DNA of 64,000 nucleotides from Negaprion brevirostris (GCA_030324005.1 JARDVH010000031.1:63942964-64006963); one strand, 5' to 3'. Shown: positions 35,300 to 49,063, counted from the first letter of the stretch. The notes: a model not told the origin generated them from the letters alone. Made by a program: numbers and translations.

Positions 35300-35985
35300 A
35301 CAAATGGATTGGATAGGTTAAGTAAATGGAGCAAAGTTTGGCAGAAGTTTAAGTGGATAAGTGTGAGATTATCCTTTTGGTAGAAAAACTAAAAAGGCAA
35401 ATCATCTAAATGGAGAGGAACTTCGGTGCAGAGGGATCTGGGTGTCATTGTGCATGAATCACAGAAAACTAGTATGCCTATGCAGCAATTAATAAGAAAG
35501 TCACATGGAATCTTGGCCTTTATTGCTTAAGGAATAGAACACAAGTTCACAATTTTAGGATAACAGGTGGCTGATTTAAAACAAATGAGAAATTACTTCT
35601 CTCAAAGGGTCAGTAAGTGTGCAATTCTGTACCCCAGAGCATGGTGGATGCTGAGACTTTGAGTAGATTTAAGGAACAGGTGGGCAGACCTTTAATTAGT
35701 AAGGATTAAGGGCTATGATGAGTGGACAGTCCAAAGATGTGCGAGTTAGGTGGATTGGCCATAATAAATTGACCATTAGTGTCAGAGGTATTAGCAGGTA
35801 AATATATAGGGTTACAGGGATAGAACGTGGATGGGATCATTGTTGGCTCAGGGCTCGATGGGCTGAATGGCTACTTTCACTGTAGACATCCTATGAAAGT
35901 GGAGTTGAAGCCAAGATGAGATCAGCCATATTAAATGGCAGAGCAGACTCAGGGCTCTTCTGCTCCTACTCATGATTCCTATAAA
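35300..35985 (+). mobile_element. CR1 LINE 3' fragment with nested V-SINE 3' half (about 35725-35895)
   Basis: 'aatggagagga…cagagggatctgggtgtc' RT tail region interrupted by 'cagtccaaagatgtgcgagttaggtggattggcc'. Confidence 0.7.
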
Positions 35986-36845
35986 CCATAGCCATCTTCC
36001 TTAGTGCTGAACATGATTCCAGCCAGTGGAGCATTTTGCAATGGCTCCTTGAATCCACAATTTGTCAAGTGCTCTATTGCTGTTGAGAGCAGTCATTCAC
36101 CTAGCCCCTTGAGTCATTTGAACAGTTAGGCATGCATGTCAATTTGTTTTTCTTATTTTGCAAATCTTCCCAGATCCACATCTTCAAGTTTTAATTTCGA
36201 CAAGTATCATTTTTAAAATGTCACTCTCTGGCATATCTTTTGTACCAATGTCAGCATCAGTCACAGTCACTTACTAGCACTGTCAATGCCTCCTTTCTCT
36301 TTTAACAGTGTACACTAGGCTGTAATTTAACTGTTTTGGATTTTCCTGTCCTTTTTTGGATAAGACGTAGCTGGGTAATTTTCCACCTGATGGTTCAATA
36401 TACCCAACAGGAACTGCACTGTCCAATCCTTAATCATGCCATTGCAATGTGATCATTCTTTGACTACCACAAAAGTTGTGGCTAGTCCAGCCATTACCTA
36501 TTTAAAATAATCAAGACCATTGTGTTTGTAGTGCTGTCTTTTAGTGTTATGATGCAAGCGGTAACTTACAAATTTTGCTCGAGTCAACACAGACAGAAAC
36601 ATTGTCCTTAATGTGGATGGTGCAGGTGTTTTTAAAGTTAACATTGTCAAAAGAATATTCCCCTAATTCTTCAGTGGAAACAACCCAAATTTTGCAGTGA
36701 AATTCACGTGAAATGTAATATACAAATTTAAAAGCTTTAGTGCAATCTATATAAAAAAACAGCTTTTTACATATAAAACATTTTTTAAAAAATTTGTGAT
36801 CCTCCATAGAAAATACATTTCATGCATATCATTTGTTTTTCCTTG

Positions 36846-36993
36846 TTACTGAATATTCTTGAGAGGTCCAGAGCTTTGCTGCTTGAAATTGTTTCCGCTA
36901 ATAATTTTATCTTCCTGTAATGGCTTCTTTTGTTTCTTCACAATGAATGGATGCTGAAGGAGCTGTTTTGCTGAAGGGCGTTCATGCTGGTCA
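36846..36993 (-). CDS. MAP3K19: MAP3K19 last coding exon
   Basis: (S)DQHERPSAKQLLQHPFIVKKQKKPLQEDKIISGNNFKQQSSGPLKNIQ* (kinase subdomain XI, RPSA..LL.HPF); acceptor ttttctttaatccag; phase 2 matches the kinase exon. Not present in the ORF track. Confidence 0.92.
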
Positions 36994-37939
36994 CTGGATT
37001 AAAGAAAATTTTTAATTCAAATAATTGATACGTTATTACTCTATCAGACGAGGAAATGCATTCATATTGATGATTCCATTAGCAACTTGACCAAGCAATG
37101 ATTTGCCGAGATTATTCTTGCCCCAATAAAACAATCAATTAAGAAACTTGTTTTCCTTTTAACATTTACCACATTCATCATATTACTAAAGTTTTGTTTA
37201 AAATTTTCAGCATCAAATATTGTTTCAGAAGTTTGCTTACTTTTTGTACAATGGGTGTTGTGATATACAATCCACTCATTCCTACTACAAAAATGAATCA
37301 CTTTGCATTTGAATTCAGACAGGTTTTAAAGAGGAATTTTGTGTTCAGTATATTTCAAAATTTTCAACACACTTTTTGATTTATGACGTGGTTGAATCTC
37401 GTCAGGGAGGTTTACTATCTGCCACTTGTCTCAAGTGACCTTTTGTGATATTAACCTTCAAGTTTTAAACCTTGCAGCGATGTCCCAATTTTCTTAGTAG
37501 GACAGTCTGGATGTTTGACAGGACCATGCCCTGGGCTGCAATAACTCCTCATCATTGCAGATGATGAGCTGTAGGTGGCAGGGAGGGTAAAGGCCTACTT
37601 GTTTGTCTTGGGCCTTGTTGCCCACCTCTACCTCCATCACTCAGCATAGTGCCCCCTATACAACAGCTGGTGGAGGGGCAGAAGGGGAACTGGAGACTTG
37701 AAAGAAGCAGATATTGCTTTCAGTGTGACCTTTACATCCAGCTTTGTTGCAATCTGGTATTTTGTGACTGTTGAAGCTCCACCAATTTCTTGCATTACCT
37801 GCCATTGATCAGCCCATATCCAGGTCCAGATCCTGCTTTAGGCTGCATTGTTATCAGTGAAACAAAGCTGAATCCTTAAAGCCTAAATCTTGTGTAAGAA
37901 ATGGAAGACTTCAAGAAGCAGTTGCAAATAGTTGAGCTG

Positions 37940-38245
37940 CATAGAATCCCACAGTGCAGAAGGAGGCCTTTCAACCCACTGAATCTGTACTGACAATTCC
38001 ACCCAAGCCCTATTCCTGGAACCCCATGTATCCACCTTGCTAGTTTCCCTGACACTGAGGGGCAACTTAGCATGACCAATCTATCTAACCCACATATCTT
38101 TGGACTGTGGGAGAAAATCGGATCACCTGGGAGAAACCCACACAGACAAGGGGAGAGTGTGCAAACTCCACACACTGACCCAAAATCAGAACTGAACTTG
38201 AATCCCTGGCACTGAGGCAGCAGTGCTAGCCACTGTGCTGCCACC
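37940..38245 (-). mobile_element. HE1/V-SINE, full length
   Basis: Reverse complement of tRNA head, V-domain and LINE tail. Confidence 0.85.
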
Positions 38246-38316
38246 ATATTTTTTTCTCTGCCCCCAGCAAAACATACTGCCTGAAGAGCCCTGATGGATG
38301 TGTTGGATTATATTTA

Positions 38317-38561
38317 GGGTGGCATGGTAGCACAGTAGTTAGCACTGCTGTTTCACAGCTCCAGGGACCGAGGTTCAATTCCCAGCTTGGGTCACTGTCT
38401 GTGGAGTTTGCACATTCTCCCCGGGTCTGCGTGGGTTTCCTCCGGGTGCTCCGGTTTCCTCCCACAGTCCGAGACATGTGCTGCTTAGGTGCTAAATTCT
38501 CCCTCAGCCTGACCCGAACAGGCGCCGGAGTGTGGCGACTCGGGTGAATTTCACAGTGACT
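38317..38561 (+). mobile_element. V-SINE with an alternative 3' tail
   Basis: Intact head with B-box 'ggttcaattccc' and V-domain, then 'ctccctcagcctgacccgaacaggcgccggagtgtggcgact…tttcacagtgac'. Confidence 0.8.
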
Positions 38562-38661
38562 NNNNNNNNNNNNNNNNNNNNNNNNNNNNNNNNNNNNNNN
38601 NNNNNNNNNNNNNNNNNNNNNNNNNNNNNNNNNNNNNNNNNNNNNNNNNNNNNNNNNNNNN

Positions 38662-39005
38662 AATAGAGGCATATAAGATGATCAGAGGATTAGATAGGGT
38701 GGACAGTGAGAGCCTTTTTCCTCAGATGGAGATGGCTACCACGAGGGGACATAGCTTTAAATTGAGGGGTGATAAATATAGTACAGATGTCAGAGGTAAG
38801 TTCTTTACTCGGTAGTAAGAGCATGGAATGCCCTGTCTACAACTGTGGTGGATTTGCCAACATTAAAGGCACTTAAATGATCATTGGATAAACGTATGGA
38901 TGATATTGGAGTAGTTTAGGTTAGATGGGCCTTAGATTGGTTTCACAGGTCACTGCAACATCGAGGGCTGAAGGGCCTGTACTGCACTGTAATGTTCTAC
39001 GTTCT
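38662..39005 (+). mobile_element. CR1/HER1-type LINE 3' end
   Basis: IEAYKMIRGLDRVDSESLFP…TRGHSFKLRG plus tail. Confidence 0.8.
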
Positions 39006-39835
39006 GTTTTTTCTTATGCAAAAATTAAAGAGTGAGATTCAATGTGTTATATGTAGAATAAGACGAGTAATCTTCATCAATTTTCAAGTTTACCCAGGCA
39101 TTTGTTCTTAGGGAAACAAAGTTATTTATATTAGCACAATTTAAGTTTCTATATACTTTCATTCTCAGCATAATTAAATAGGGCTTTTTGTAAGCAACAC
39201 CAAGACTTCCTGACAAGTGATGGAAGTCAAATGCACACCCAGATTCAAATCTACAACTATCTTGAAGAGAACTTTCCTGTATTTAGATAGTACAAAGTTG
39301 GTGGAGAAGGGCAAGAATGTGATTATTGCTCACTTCAACTTTCAGGAAATATTTGCAAGGCACCTCACAGAATGCATGACTGACTGAAAATGCTGTTTAA
39401 CTGAAGGGGTTAGTAAGTAGTGGAGCCATACAGATAAGCCCAGTCCCACTTAGAATCAGGTAATCTCAGCCACTTTCTCATGCAATACATAGCCACATGT
39501 ACTCCAACAGGGGTCTCTTAATAAGGATCAGTGTCTTAACCCAGAAACCATTTGTTATACAGTTTTAAAAATTTTTTATTCCATCCGAAAAACAAATTCA
39601 AATTGAATCCAATTCATGGTCTTCATGGGAGTGACAAACAAGATCCAAGCTGACAAAAGGCATTACAGCCCATCTTGAGCTTGATCCAACAGTCATCTTC
39701 GCCAAAAGGCCAAGATGGCTTTGAAAATTTGCATCAAGCAACGCCCCAGTTTATCCTCAATCGGCTACCCTGATCCTTTACTCTACCCCAGCCTGATGGA
39801 TCAACCTAATCATTGACTCTCCCCTCACACAAAGA

Positions 39836-40040
39836 GGAAATGCTGAAGAACGTCAGCAGGTCTGACAGCATCTGTGGGGAGAGAATAGAGCCAACATTTC
39901 AAGTCTAGATGACTGAGTCTGGATGACCGAGTTGAACTCAATGTTGACTCTATTCTCTCTCCACAAATGCTGTCTGACCTGAGATTTTCCAGCATTTTCT
40001 GTTTGTTTCAAGATTCCAGCATCTACAGTATTTTGCTTTT
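39836..40040. repeat. Palindromic repeat element (about 60-bp imperfect arms)
   Basis: 39837-39898 pairs with 39940-39999 (…caggtctgacagcatctgtggggagagaatagagccaacatt / aatgttgactctattctctctccacaaatgctgtctgacctg…). Confidence 0.7.
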
Positions 40041-42644
40041 AATCAATAAAATTGTTTTTCTTTTGAACCACGTCATCTACCAATTTTCCTTTAAGAACTG
40101 AAATATCTAGGATTCAATATAGTTTCAAACCTAAAATGTGGCAAAATTATGCACCAGTTAAGTAGCTTAAATCTTACCTATAACATTTGTACATTTATAA
40201 TGGCCTAGATTTTGCAGATAATGGGAAACAGATGGTGCTTACTGTTGTCGAACCTGAGCTGCAACCTATGGTCATCATACATCTGAAACAATACAGCATC
40301 ATCTACAATGTATGTGGGGATTGTGAACATGGTAAGTTGCAGCTTTCTTTTAACAACCTATCATATTTGATCCTTACTGGGGCACAAAATATAAACCAGG
40401 AGGTGCAAGTTAAAATAAATTCAATATGAAGTCAGGTACAGAAATCAAAATCGAGGGAAAGAAAGAGCTAAATAGAAAAATGAATCTATAGGTGAAATCT
40501 GAGGCAATATGACTGCACACATTTTAAAAGTCAGTTTTCAGTAATAGGTTGAGCTGTTTGGCAATAAAGACTTGGTGTCATTGACATCACTAAAATCAGT
40601 TTGGGAAGAGATAAGGAATAGTAAAGGTAGGAAGTCACTAATGGGAATAGTTTATAGGCCCCTTAGCCCTAACCATAATGTAGAATGGAGTTTACAGGAA
40701 GGAATATTGGGGGCTTGTGACAAAAGCCTGATAACCATGGATGATTTTAATCTACATATATATTGGATGAATCAGGTTGGCATGATTGGCTTATAAAGTG
40801 AGCTTATCAGATGTTTTGGAATGGTTTCTTACAGCAGTATGTTCTATAACTAACCAGACTGCAAACTATTCTAAATCAAGATGCGATTCAATTAATAACC
40901 TTATAGTTAAGGAACCTCCTGGGTAACAGTGATCATAACATGATTGAATTTTCCATTCCATTTGAGGGAGAGAAGTTTTAAATTTAATGATAATTGAGTG
41001 TATGAAATCGGAGCTTGCTAAGTTGAAGTGCAAAATTAGGTTATGAGGTCAGTAGAAAGGCAGTGACAGACATTTAAAGAGAGATTTCCTAATGTTATTG
41101 TTTTGTGGATTTATTGTGTTATTCTGTGAAGGAGATTTGTGACTGTTAAACTGGGGACTGACTATATACAAGGTTTAGGATGTTTAAGAAATAGAGGTAT
41201 GAAAGGCATACATTTGAAATAAATATAGCCGAGTTGAATTTAAGTAAATGACAAGCAAAATTTTCATTGGGAGATAAGTCCCCTTTTCAGTTCTATTTCA
41301 AAAGGTAGTAAACAATTTGAATAAATAAGAAAAAACATAGAAAATCTGAGTAGGAGTAGACCATTTGGCCTTTAAAGTCTGCTTCACCATTTACTATGAT
41401 CATGGCTGACCATGCATCTCATGATGGTAAAGAAGGAATGTAGGAGAAGGGATAACCAGCCGTGGTTATCGAAGGAAATAAAGGAGAGTATTAAATTAAN
41501 NNNNNNNNNNNNNNNNNNNNNNNNNNNNNNNNNNNNNNNNNNNNNNNNNNNNNNNNNNNNNNNNNNNNNNNNNNNNNNNNNNNNNNNNNNNNNNNNNNNN
41601 NNNNNNNNNNNNNNNNNNNNNNNNNNNNNNNCCTGTAAGGAATTTATATGTTTGAGATTCCCCCCCACCGCCCCCCCCCCCCCCAACCACTCCCTCATTC
41701 TTCTGAACTCCAGCAAATATAATCGTAACCAACTCGATCTCTCCTCATACATCAATCCCGCTGTTCCAGGACAAAGTTCTTGAATTTTGTTCAATAGTGG
41801 GGGCAATAGGGAGGACATGAAAGATTTTTATATTTTGGGGAAAATTGTTTCAGAGAGGGCCAAATACAATGGAATCAAGATGAAAACAAAAAAGTACTTA
41901 GGATAAGTGTTGAGAGCTTAGATGGAGTGGCTATATTCTGGGGTGTCACTGTGTCAGGAAGAGAGCTGAAGCAGCCTTCCAGCAAAGCCTGCAAAGTATT
42001 TGCTTTTGTTTTTGAAGTTTTGAAGTCCCACAGCTGAGTGGAAGAGAGGGATGAGAGATCATGTGGTATGCCTCACTAAAGTGACAGTAGCTTTGCGTTG
42101 GAGATATTAGTACTAGAATTTCTATAAGGGATTATTACCTAAAGGAATACTTAATTGAGTCCAGCCACGTAGGGAATCTTTGTGGGGGAATGTTTCATAA
42201 GATTAATTTATGTTGTAATCCTGTGTTAAATTTTCGGAATTTGAGCTTTGAATACATAATCTTTTCTGCTCATGGTCAAAATATGAAAACAAGTTATGAT
42301 TATATAAACCAAGTTTCTCTGGGGTTTGGTTTGCACAACAATTAACATTTGCTGGATCATAACATTCAGCAAAGATCATTCCAGTGAGAAAGAAAGAGAC
42401 TCATTAAAAAGGATACACCATCCATGAGTAACTAAAGATGGTATCAAATTAAACATAAGTGCATACAATTCTGTGAATTTTAGTAGCAAGATCTAAAATC
42501 GGCCCTCCGACTGCACACGTGCAGAAAAAAAGATAGAGAAACACTCCGCTGCCACGTTGCTCCCAGACCAGATAATCGGGCAGAAGAGAAAAAAATGGCA
42601 AAGAATGACTCAAAGGGAGAAATTTAGAGTATGTGAAAAAGCTA

Positions 42645-42985
42645 GTGGCACAATAGTTAGCATTGCTGTCTCTCAGCTCCAAGGACCTGGGTTCATTTCT
42701 GGCTTTGACTGTCAGTGTGGAGTTTACATGTTCTGCCCATGTCTGTGTGGGTTTACTTCTGATGCTTTGGTTTCCTCCCACAATCCAAAAATGTACAAGT
42801 TAGGTAGATTGGCTGTGCTAAATTGCCCCTAAGTGTCATAAGGTTAGATGGGATAGCCATGGTAAATGTGGGGGGTTATGGTGAGAGAGTGGGAAAGAGG
42901 ACCTGGGTAAGATATTCTGTCAGAGTCAGTGCAGACTTGAGGGGCCAAATGGCCCCTTCTGCACTGTGGAGATTCTACATTTCTA
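42645..42985 (+). mobile_element. HE1/V-SINE nested in CR1
   Basis: tRNA head 'gtggcacaatagttagcattgctgtctctcagctcc', V-domain, tail. Confidence 0.8.
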
Positions 42986-43089
42986 ATGAAAAACAAATGG
43001 AAAGAGTTTCTACAGGCATTCAAAAAGTAAAATAGGAACTCAAATAAGCGTAGGTCCTTTTAGAGACTGAGTTGAGGGAATTAATAATG

Positions 43090-44105
43090 AAACATAGAAA
43101 CATAGGAGCAGGAGGAGGCCATTCAGCCCTTCAAGCCTGCTCCGCCGTGTATCATGATCATGGCTGATCATCCAACTTGATAGCCTAATCCTGCTTTCTC
43201 CCCATTTGTCCTCTGCTATATGTAGCTGCCTCTTGAATACATTCAATGTGTAGGCNNNNNNNNNNNNNNNNNNNNNNNNNNNNNNNNNNNNNNNNNNNNN
43301 NNNNNNNNNNNNNNNNNNNNNNNNNNNNNNNNNNNNNNNNNNNNNNNNNNNNNNNNNNNNNNNNNNNNNNNNNNNNNNNNNNNNNNNNNNNNNNNNNNNN
43401 NNNNNNNNNNNNNNNNNNNNNNNNNNNNNNNNNNNNNNNNNNNNNNNNNNNNNNNNNNNNNNNNNNNNNNNNNNNNNNNNNNNNNNNNNNNNNNNNNNNN
43501 NNNNNNNNNNNNNNNNNNNNNNNNNNNNNNNNNNNNNNNNNNNNNNNNNNNNNNNNNNNNNNNNNNNNNNNNNNNNNNNNNNNNNNNNNNNNNNNNNTCT
43601 TAAGAATTGCCAACACCTCCTCCTTATGTACCTTAATCCTGCCTTGCAACAACACATCTTGTACTCAAAACCTCTCGCAATGAAGGCCAACACACCAATT
43701 GCCACCTTTACTGGCTGCTGCACCTGCATGCTTACCTTCAGCGACTGGTGCACAAGGACACCCAGGTCCCACTGCACACTCCCCTCTCCCAATTTACAGC
43801 CATTTAGGTTTTAATCTGCCAACTTGTTTTTGCTTCCAAGGTGAATAAGTTCACATTTATCCAAATTATACTGCATCTGCCAATGATTTACCCACCCACT
43901 CAACCTATCCAGATCATACTGAAGGATCCCTGCATCCTCGTCACAATTCACCCTCCCATCCAACTTGATATCATCTGTAAACTTTGCGGTTACATTTTGT
44001 TCCCTCATCCAAATCATTAATATATATTGAGTAGCTGGGGTCCCAGCACTGATCCCTGTGGCACCCTGCTAGTTACTCCCTGCCAATTTGAAAAGGATCC
44101 ATTAA
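43090..44105 (-). mobile_element. Younger CR1 LINE 3' fragment nested in opposite orientation
   Basis: Minus ORFs AKFTDDIKLDGRVNC…LQYDLDRLSGW…WQMQYN and …QWDLGVLVHQSLKVSMQVQQ…; tail (aacataga)n at 43090. Confidence 0.85.
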
Positions 44106-45539
44106 TTCCGATTGTTTGAAAAGAAAAGGATGTGGTGGATGAATTGAGGATGCAAATAACATCCCAATGTGAAAAGGAGGGCTAAACTTAAAATAGTAAC
44201 ATTCACCAGGGAAAGGATCCAAATAAATTTATTAAAGCTAAAAGCTGACAAAGATCCAACTAGTTTAAAAAATAGTGGGGTGAATCCTCTATTCAAGAAA
44301 GGAGGATTAAAAGCAAAAAAAGTAGTCTGGTTAGATTCTGTTATGGGGAAAATGCTGGCAACTATTAAGAGAGTTAGAGCTGGCTATTTAGAAAATTGCA
44401 ATGCAATCATGTCGGAAAGGTGGCCTGGTAAAAGGAAATTGTGTTTAACTATAGCTTTTTGAGTAGCGATGAGGATAAAGGGGAATCTGTGGATCTGGTG
44501 CACTTAGATTTCCAGTAGATATTTGTCAAGGTGCCACATATTAAAGCTTGCTACACAAAATGAGAACTTGTGGTGTAGGAGGTAGCATATTAGTATGGAT
44601 AGAGGATTGGTTAGATACCAGAAACAGGCATGAGTCATTCTTGGGTCATCAAGATGTAATCAATGGAATTCCACAGAGTTCAGTACTTGGGCTTCAAATA
44701 TTTACTATCTATATTCGTGATATGAATGAGGGAACTTATGTAGTTGCTAAATTTGCTGATAACACAATGATAGGAAAAAAGTTGTGAGGAGAACATAAGG
44801 GGTCTGCAAAGGAATATGGATAGGTTGGACGAGCAAAAAATTCAGATGGAGTCTAATGTGGGGAAAATGTAAATTTGTCCACTTTGCTGCTTTTCTATGC
44901 TTTCTGTCAAACTACCTAAATGGAGAGGAATTGCAGAGGGGGATATGGGTGTCCAGGTCCATGAATTACAAAGTTAGCATGCAGGTACAGTAAATGATTT
45001 GGAAGACAATGGAATGTTGTTGTTTATCATAAGGGGAATAGAATATAAAAGTAGGGATGTTTGCTACAGCTATACAGGGCATTTGTGACCACATCTAGAA
45101 TACAGTATATGGTTTTGGTCTCTTTATTTTCAAAAGGACATTATTACATTAGAAACAGTTGAGAGAAGGTTCTGTCAACTGATTCCTGGTATGATGGTGT
45201 TTTCATATGATGGACGGTTATGGAAAATGTCCATTGAAATTTAGAAGAATGAGAGGTGATCTTATTGAAACACAAGATCCTGAGAGGAACTGACAATGGG
45301 TGCTGAAAGAGTTTTCCTTTATGGGAGACAGCATGCTAGGGGAAAGAAAGGGTTTCCCATTTCAGATGGAGTTTTTTTTCTTTCTGCAGATATTGAATCT
45401 GCTGAACTCTCTTCCACAGAGTGGTAGAGACAGGGTCATTGTATTTAAGGCAGAGGTTGAAAGATTCTTGACTAACAAACATTATTGTGGATGGTCAGCA
45501 AAGTGGCATTGAGGTCACAATCAGGTCATGATCTTCCAA

Positions 45540-48500
45540 ATAGCTTTGCACACAAACCATGGGAGAGAAGACGCATCCTGAGTGAGACTATCATAGCGAG
45601 AGAGAGCATCAGGAATTTGGGGCCAAGTGGGAATTGAATTGCAAGTTCAGTCATCTAGTTAAAAGGTGAATAAGGAGCTGACCCAGCTTGCTGAGTGGCA
45701 GTTGCCTGTCAATCGTCTGAAGTCTGATTAGGGCCTCAATATGCTTGAGTACCTTAAAGTTTAACTGTGTGCTGTTTCAGCTGTATTTAAGAAAGGGGCT
45801 TAAAAGTGCACTCTGAGCTTTGCACACAAACAGTGGGAGGTGATATCCATCCGGAGTGAGAGTCATCCAGAATGAGTATGGGTATCAGGAATTTGGAGCT
45901 GAATGCAGAGAAGGTGCTTTTCGCTTTTTCTCCTTGCTTTCTAACTTTTAAATCTTCAGGAGAGTGATCTTTGCCCTGCTGCAGTAGAAGAGGATACGAG
46001 GAAGAGAGCTGATTGGTAAGTAGTAGGTAAGGTTGGATAAGTATTTAATACTTTTATCACATAGTTTCAGAGGCCTTTTTGTGGTTTATAGTTTGTAAGA
46101 GTTATATTCAGTAATAAGGGGACCAGGAAAGAAGGGCTCTAGAAAATTGGATATAATCTGATATCGAGCATCTTCCAAAGGTTTAACATAAAATCATGAC
46201 ACAAGAGCTCCAAGCCCAGCTGTACTCCTTGTGCCCTGTGTGGGAAGCTGGAAGTACTTCCGTGTCCAGGGACAGCATATGATTAGAAAGTTTCTTTCTG
46301 CATCTGCAGCTGCAGCTCCTGGAAGTCCAGCTTTCGGATCTGGAGCAGCGGCTGGGGTCACTGGAGCATCCGTGAGGTAGAGAGTATCATGGATAGCATG
46401 TATAGAGAAGTGGTCACACTGCANNNNNNNNNNNNNNNNNNNNNNNNNNNNNNNNNNNNNNNNNNNNNNNNNNNNNNNNNNNNNNNNNNNNNNNNTGACC
46501 ACAAGGCATTTCAAAAGGGTGAGGTAGGCAGTGCAGGAATCTCCTATGGCTATTTCCCTGAAAAACAGATATACCATTTTGGATACTGTGAGGGAAATGA
46601 CCGCTTTGGCAAAAGCAGCAATAGCCAAATTTGTTGCAGCATAATTGGTTCTGCTGCAGAGAGGAGGAATAAAAAGTGTGGAAATGCAATAGTTTATAGG
46701 GCATTCAATTGTAATAGATGTGTTTCTGTGGCCACAAACGAGACTCTAGGATGGTCGGTTGCCTCCCTGGTACTAGGGTTAAGGGGGAGGGAGAACAGCC
46801 AGTGGTTACGGAAAACATCGGTACCAATGACATAGGTTTAAAAACAAAATAAAGTCCTACAAGCAGAATATAGGGAGTTAGGAAGAAAGTTGAAAAGTCG
46901 GACCTCAAGATAGTGATCTCGTGCTAGTCAAAATAGAAATAGCAGGATATGTCAGATGAATATGTGGCTGAAGAGATGGTGTGAGGAGGAGGGTTTCAGA
47001 TTCCTGGAACACTGGGACCAGCTCTGGGAGAGGTAGGACCAGTACAGGATAGATGAGTTACTCCTGTGCAGGACTGGGATATCCGAGGGTAATTATTTGC
47101 TAGAGTAGTCGGGGTTTAAACTAAAATGGCAGGGGGACAGGAACCTGTGCAAGGACTGAGAGGATGGGGAATCAAGGGCAAAACCAAAAGGGGAATTTAA
47201 AAAATGAGAGGTAGAGAAACCAAGGGCCAGATGAAAGGGTCTCAGTGAAAAATAGTGGGAATGAGACCAGTGATGGTTAAAAAAAACAAGCTGAAAGGCT
47301 TTATACCTTTTACGGGTGTGGTGCATTNNNNNNNNNNNNNNNNNNNNNNNNNNNNNNNNNNNNNNNNNNNNNNNNNNNNNNNNNNNNNNNNNNNNNNNNN
47401 NNNNNNNNNNNNNNNNNNNNNNNNNNNAGGGATATTTAGACTGGACAGACCAAAAGCTAAGGACAGTAGAGTTGCTGGTTCAACAGGAAATTAGCACCAT
47501 GTTGAGGAAGGCTATTTGCTCCAACAATGTGGCATCTATATGGGTAGAGCTAAGAAACACCAAGGGCGAAAGAGGGGTTGTAGGTAGACCTCCAAACTGC
47601 AGTGATGTTGGGGATGATATTAAGCGGAAAATTACAGATGCATGCAATAAAGAAACATCAGTAATTATGTGTGATTTCAATCTGCATATAGATTGGATAA
47701 ATCAAATTAGTTACAATACCATGATTCTAGGTATTGTGTAATAAAAAAAAATTGGCAATCTAGTTGGAGATTCCACATAATAGAATTTTTCATCAAGATG
47801 GAGAGTGATGTAGTTGATCTGAGGCTAGGGTCCTGAATCTTAATAAGAGAACCTACAATGATCTGCAGCATGGGTTTGCTACAATAGATTGGGAAACCTT
47901 ACTTAAAGGGATGATGGTGGACAAGCAATGGCAAACATTCAAGGAGTGTATGTGTGTCTGAATTTCAACAATTGTTTATTCCTGTCTAGCACAAAACTAA
48001 AATGGGACAGGTGGCCAAACCATGGCTTACGAGATAAATTAGAGATAATATTACAGGGACAGGTATATAAATTGGCCAAGAAAGACAACAGACCTGAGCA
48101 TTGCGAGCAGTTTAGAATTCAGTAAAGGATGACCAAGGGACTGATTAAGAAGGTATGAGAGTAAGCTTGTGAGGAACATAAAAACTGACTGTAAAGTTTC
48201 TATAGGTTTGTAAGGAAAAAAAGATTGGTGAAGACAAATGTAGGTCCCAATAATACAGGGTCTAGGTGAAGTCAAACATGGAATATTGTGTGCAATTTTG
48301 GTCTCCTAATGAGGAAGGATGTTCTTGCTCAAGAGGGAGTGCAGAGAAGGTTTACCTGACTAATTCCTGGGATGGTAGGACTNNNNNNNNNNNNGAGATG
48401 TAGTCAGTTAGGATTGTATTTGCTGGAATTCAGAAGAATGAGGGACAAACTCACAGAAACCTATAAAATTCTAACAGGACTAAACAGGATAGATGCAAAA

Positions 48501-48830
48501 ATAATGTTCCCAATGGTGGGAGTGTCCAAAACCAGGGGTCATAGTCTGAGGATGCTGAGTGGACCGTTTCAGAACCGTTTAGATGAGAAAAAAAACCTTT
48601 TCACTCAGTGGTCAGTCTGTGAAATTCGTTACCACAAAAAATAGTTGAGGCCAAAACATTGAATGTTTTCAAGAAGCAGTTTGATATAGCACTTGGGGCA
48701 AAGGGGATCAAAGCGTAAGGGAGGAAGGTGGGATCAGGCTAATAAGTTGGATGATCAACCATGATCGTAATGAATGGCAGAGCAGGCTGGAAGGGCCAAA
48801 TGGCCTCCTGCTCCTATTTTCTATTTTTCT
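45540..48830 (+). mobile_element. Near-full-length decayed CR1 LINE (5'UTR, ORF1 with esterase remnants, endonuclease, internal deletion, 3' end)
   Basis: 'NIGTNDIG' at about 46814-46837 (SGNH block of CR1 ORF1); SIWVELRNTKG…GRPPN…MCDFNLHIDW; GLYLLEFRRMRD…TYKILTGL; tail ends near 48830. Confidence 0.75.
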
Positions 48831-49063
48831 ATTGAATGGTAGAGCACACTCAAAGGGCCATATGGGTTACCCCATGATAAACTTGTATGTTCATATGTGT
48901 TTGAATACTGATTCTCTGAAATATATGGTCACAAAGCTTTTGGACCAGCAGGACAGAATGGGTGGGTGATCCACTGTGCACATTGGTGTCTGAGTGTTGA
49001 ATCTATAAATTATCTCCTATTTTGTAACATCACATGAGATTGATTGTTTAAAAATACACTAAC

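Larger units (their letters stand above)
40580..45540 (+). mobile_element. Fragmented CR1 LINE ORF2 (endonuclease about 40580-41090, RT about 44110-45540) split by nested insertions
   Basis: SVWEEIRNSKGRKSLMGIVYRP…MDDFNLHI (APE endonuclease); GIPQSSVLGLQIFTIYIRDM…AKFADNT (RT motifs, decayed). Confidence 0.75.
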
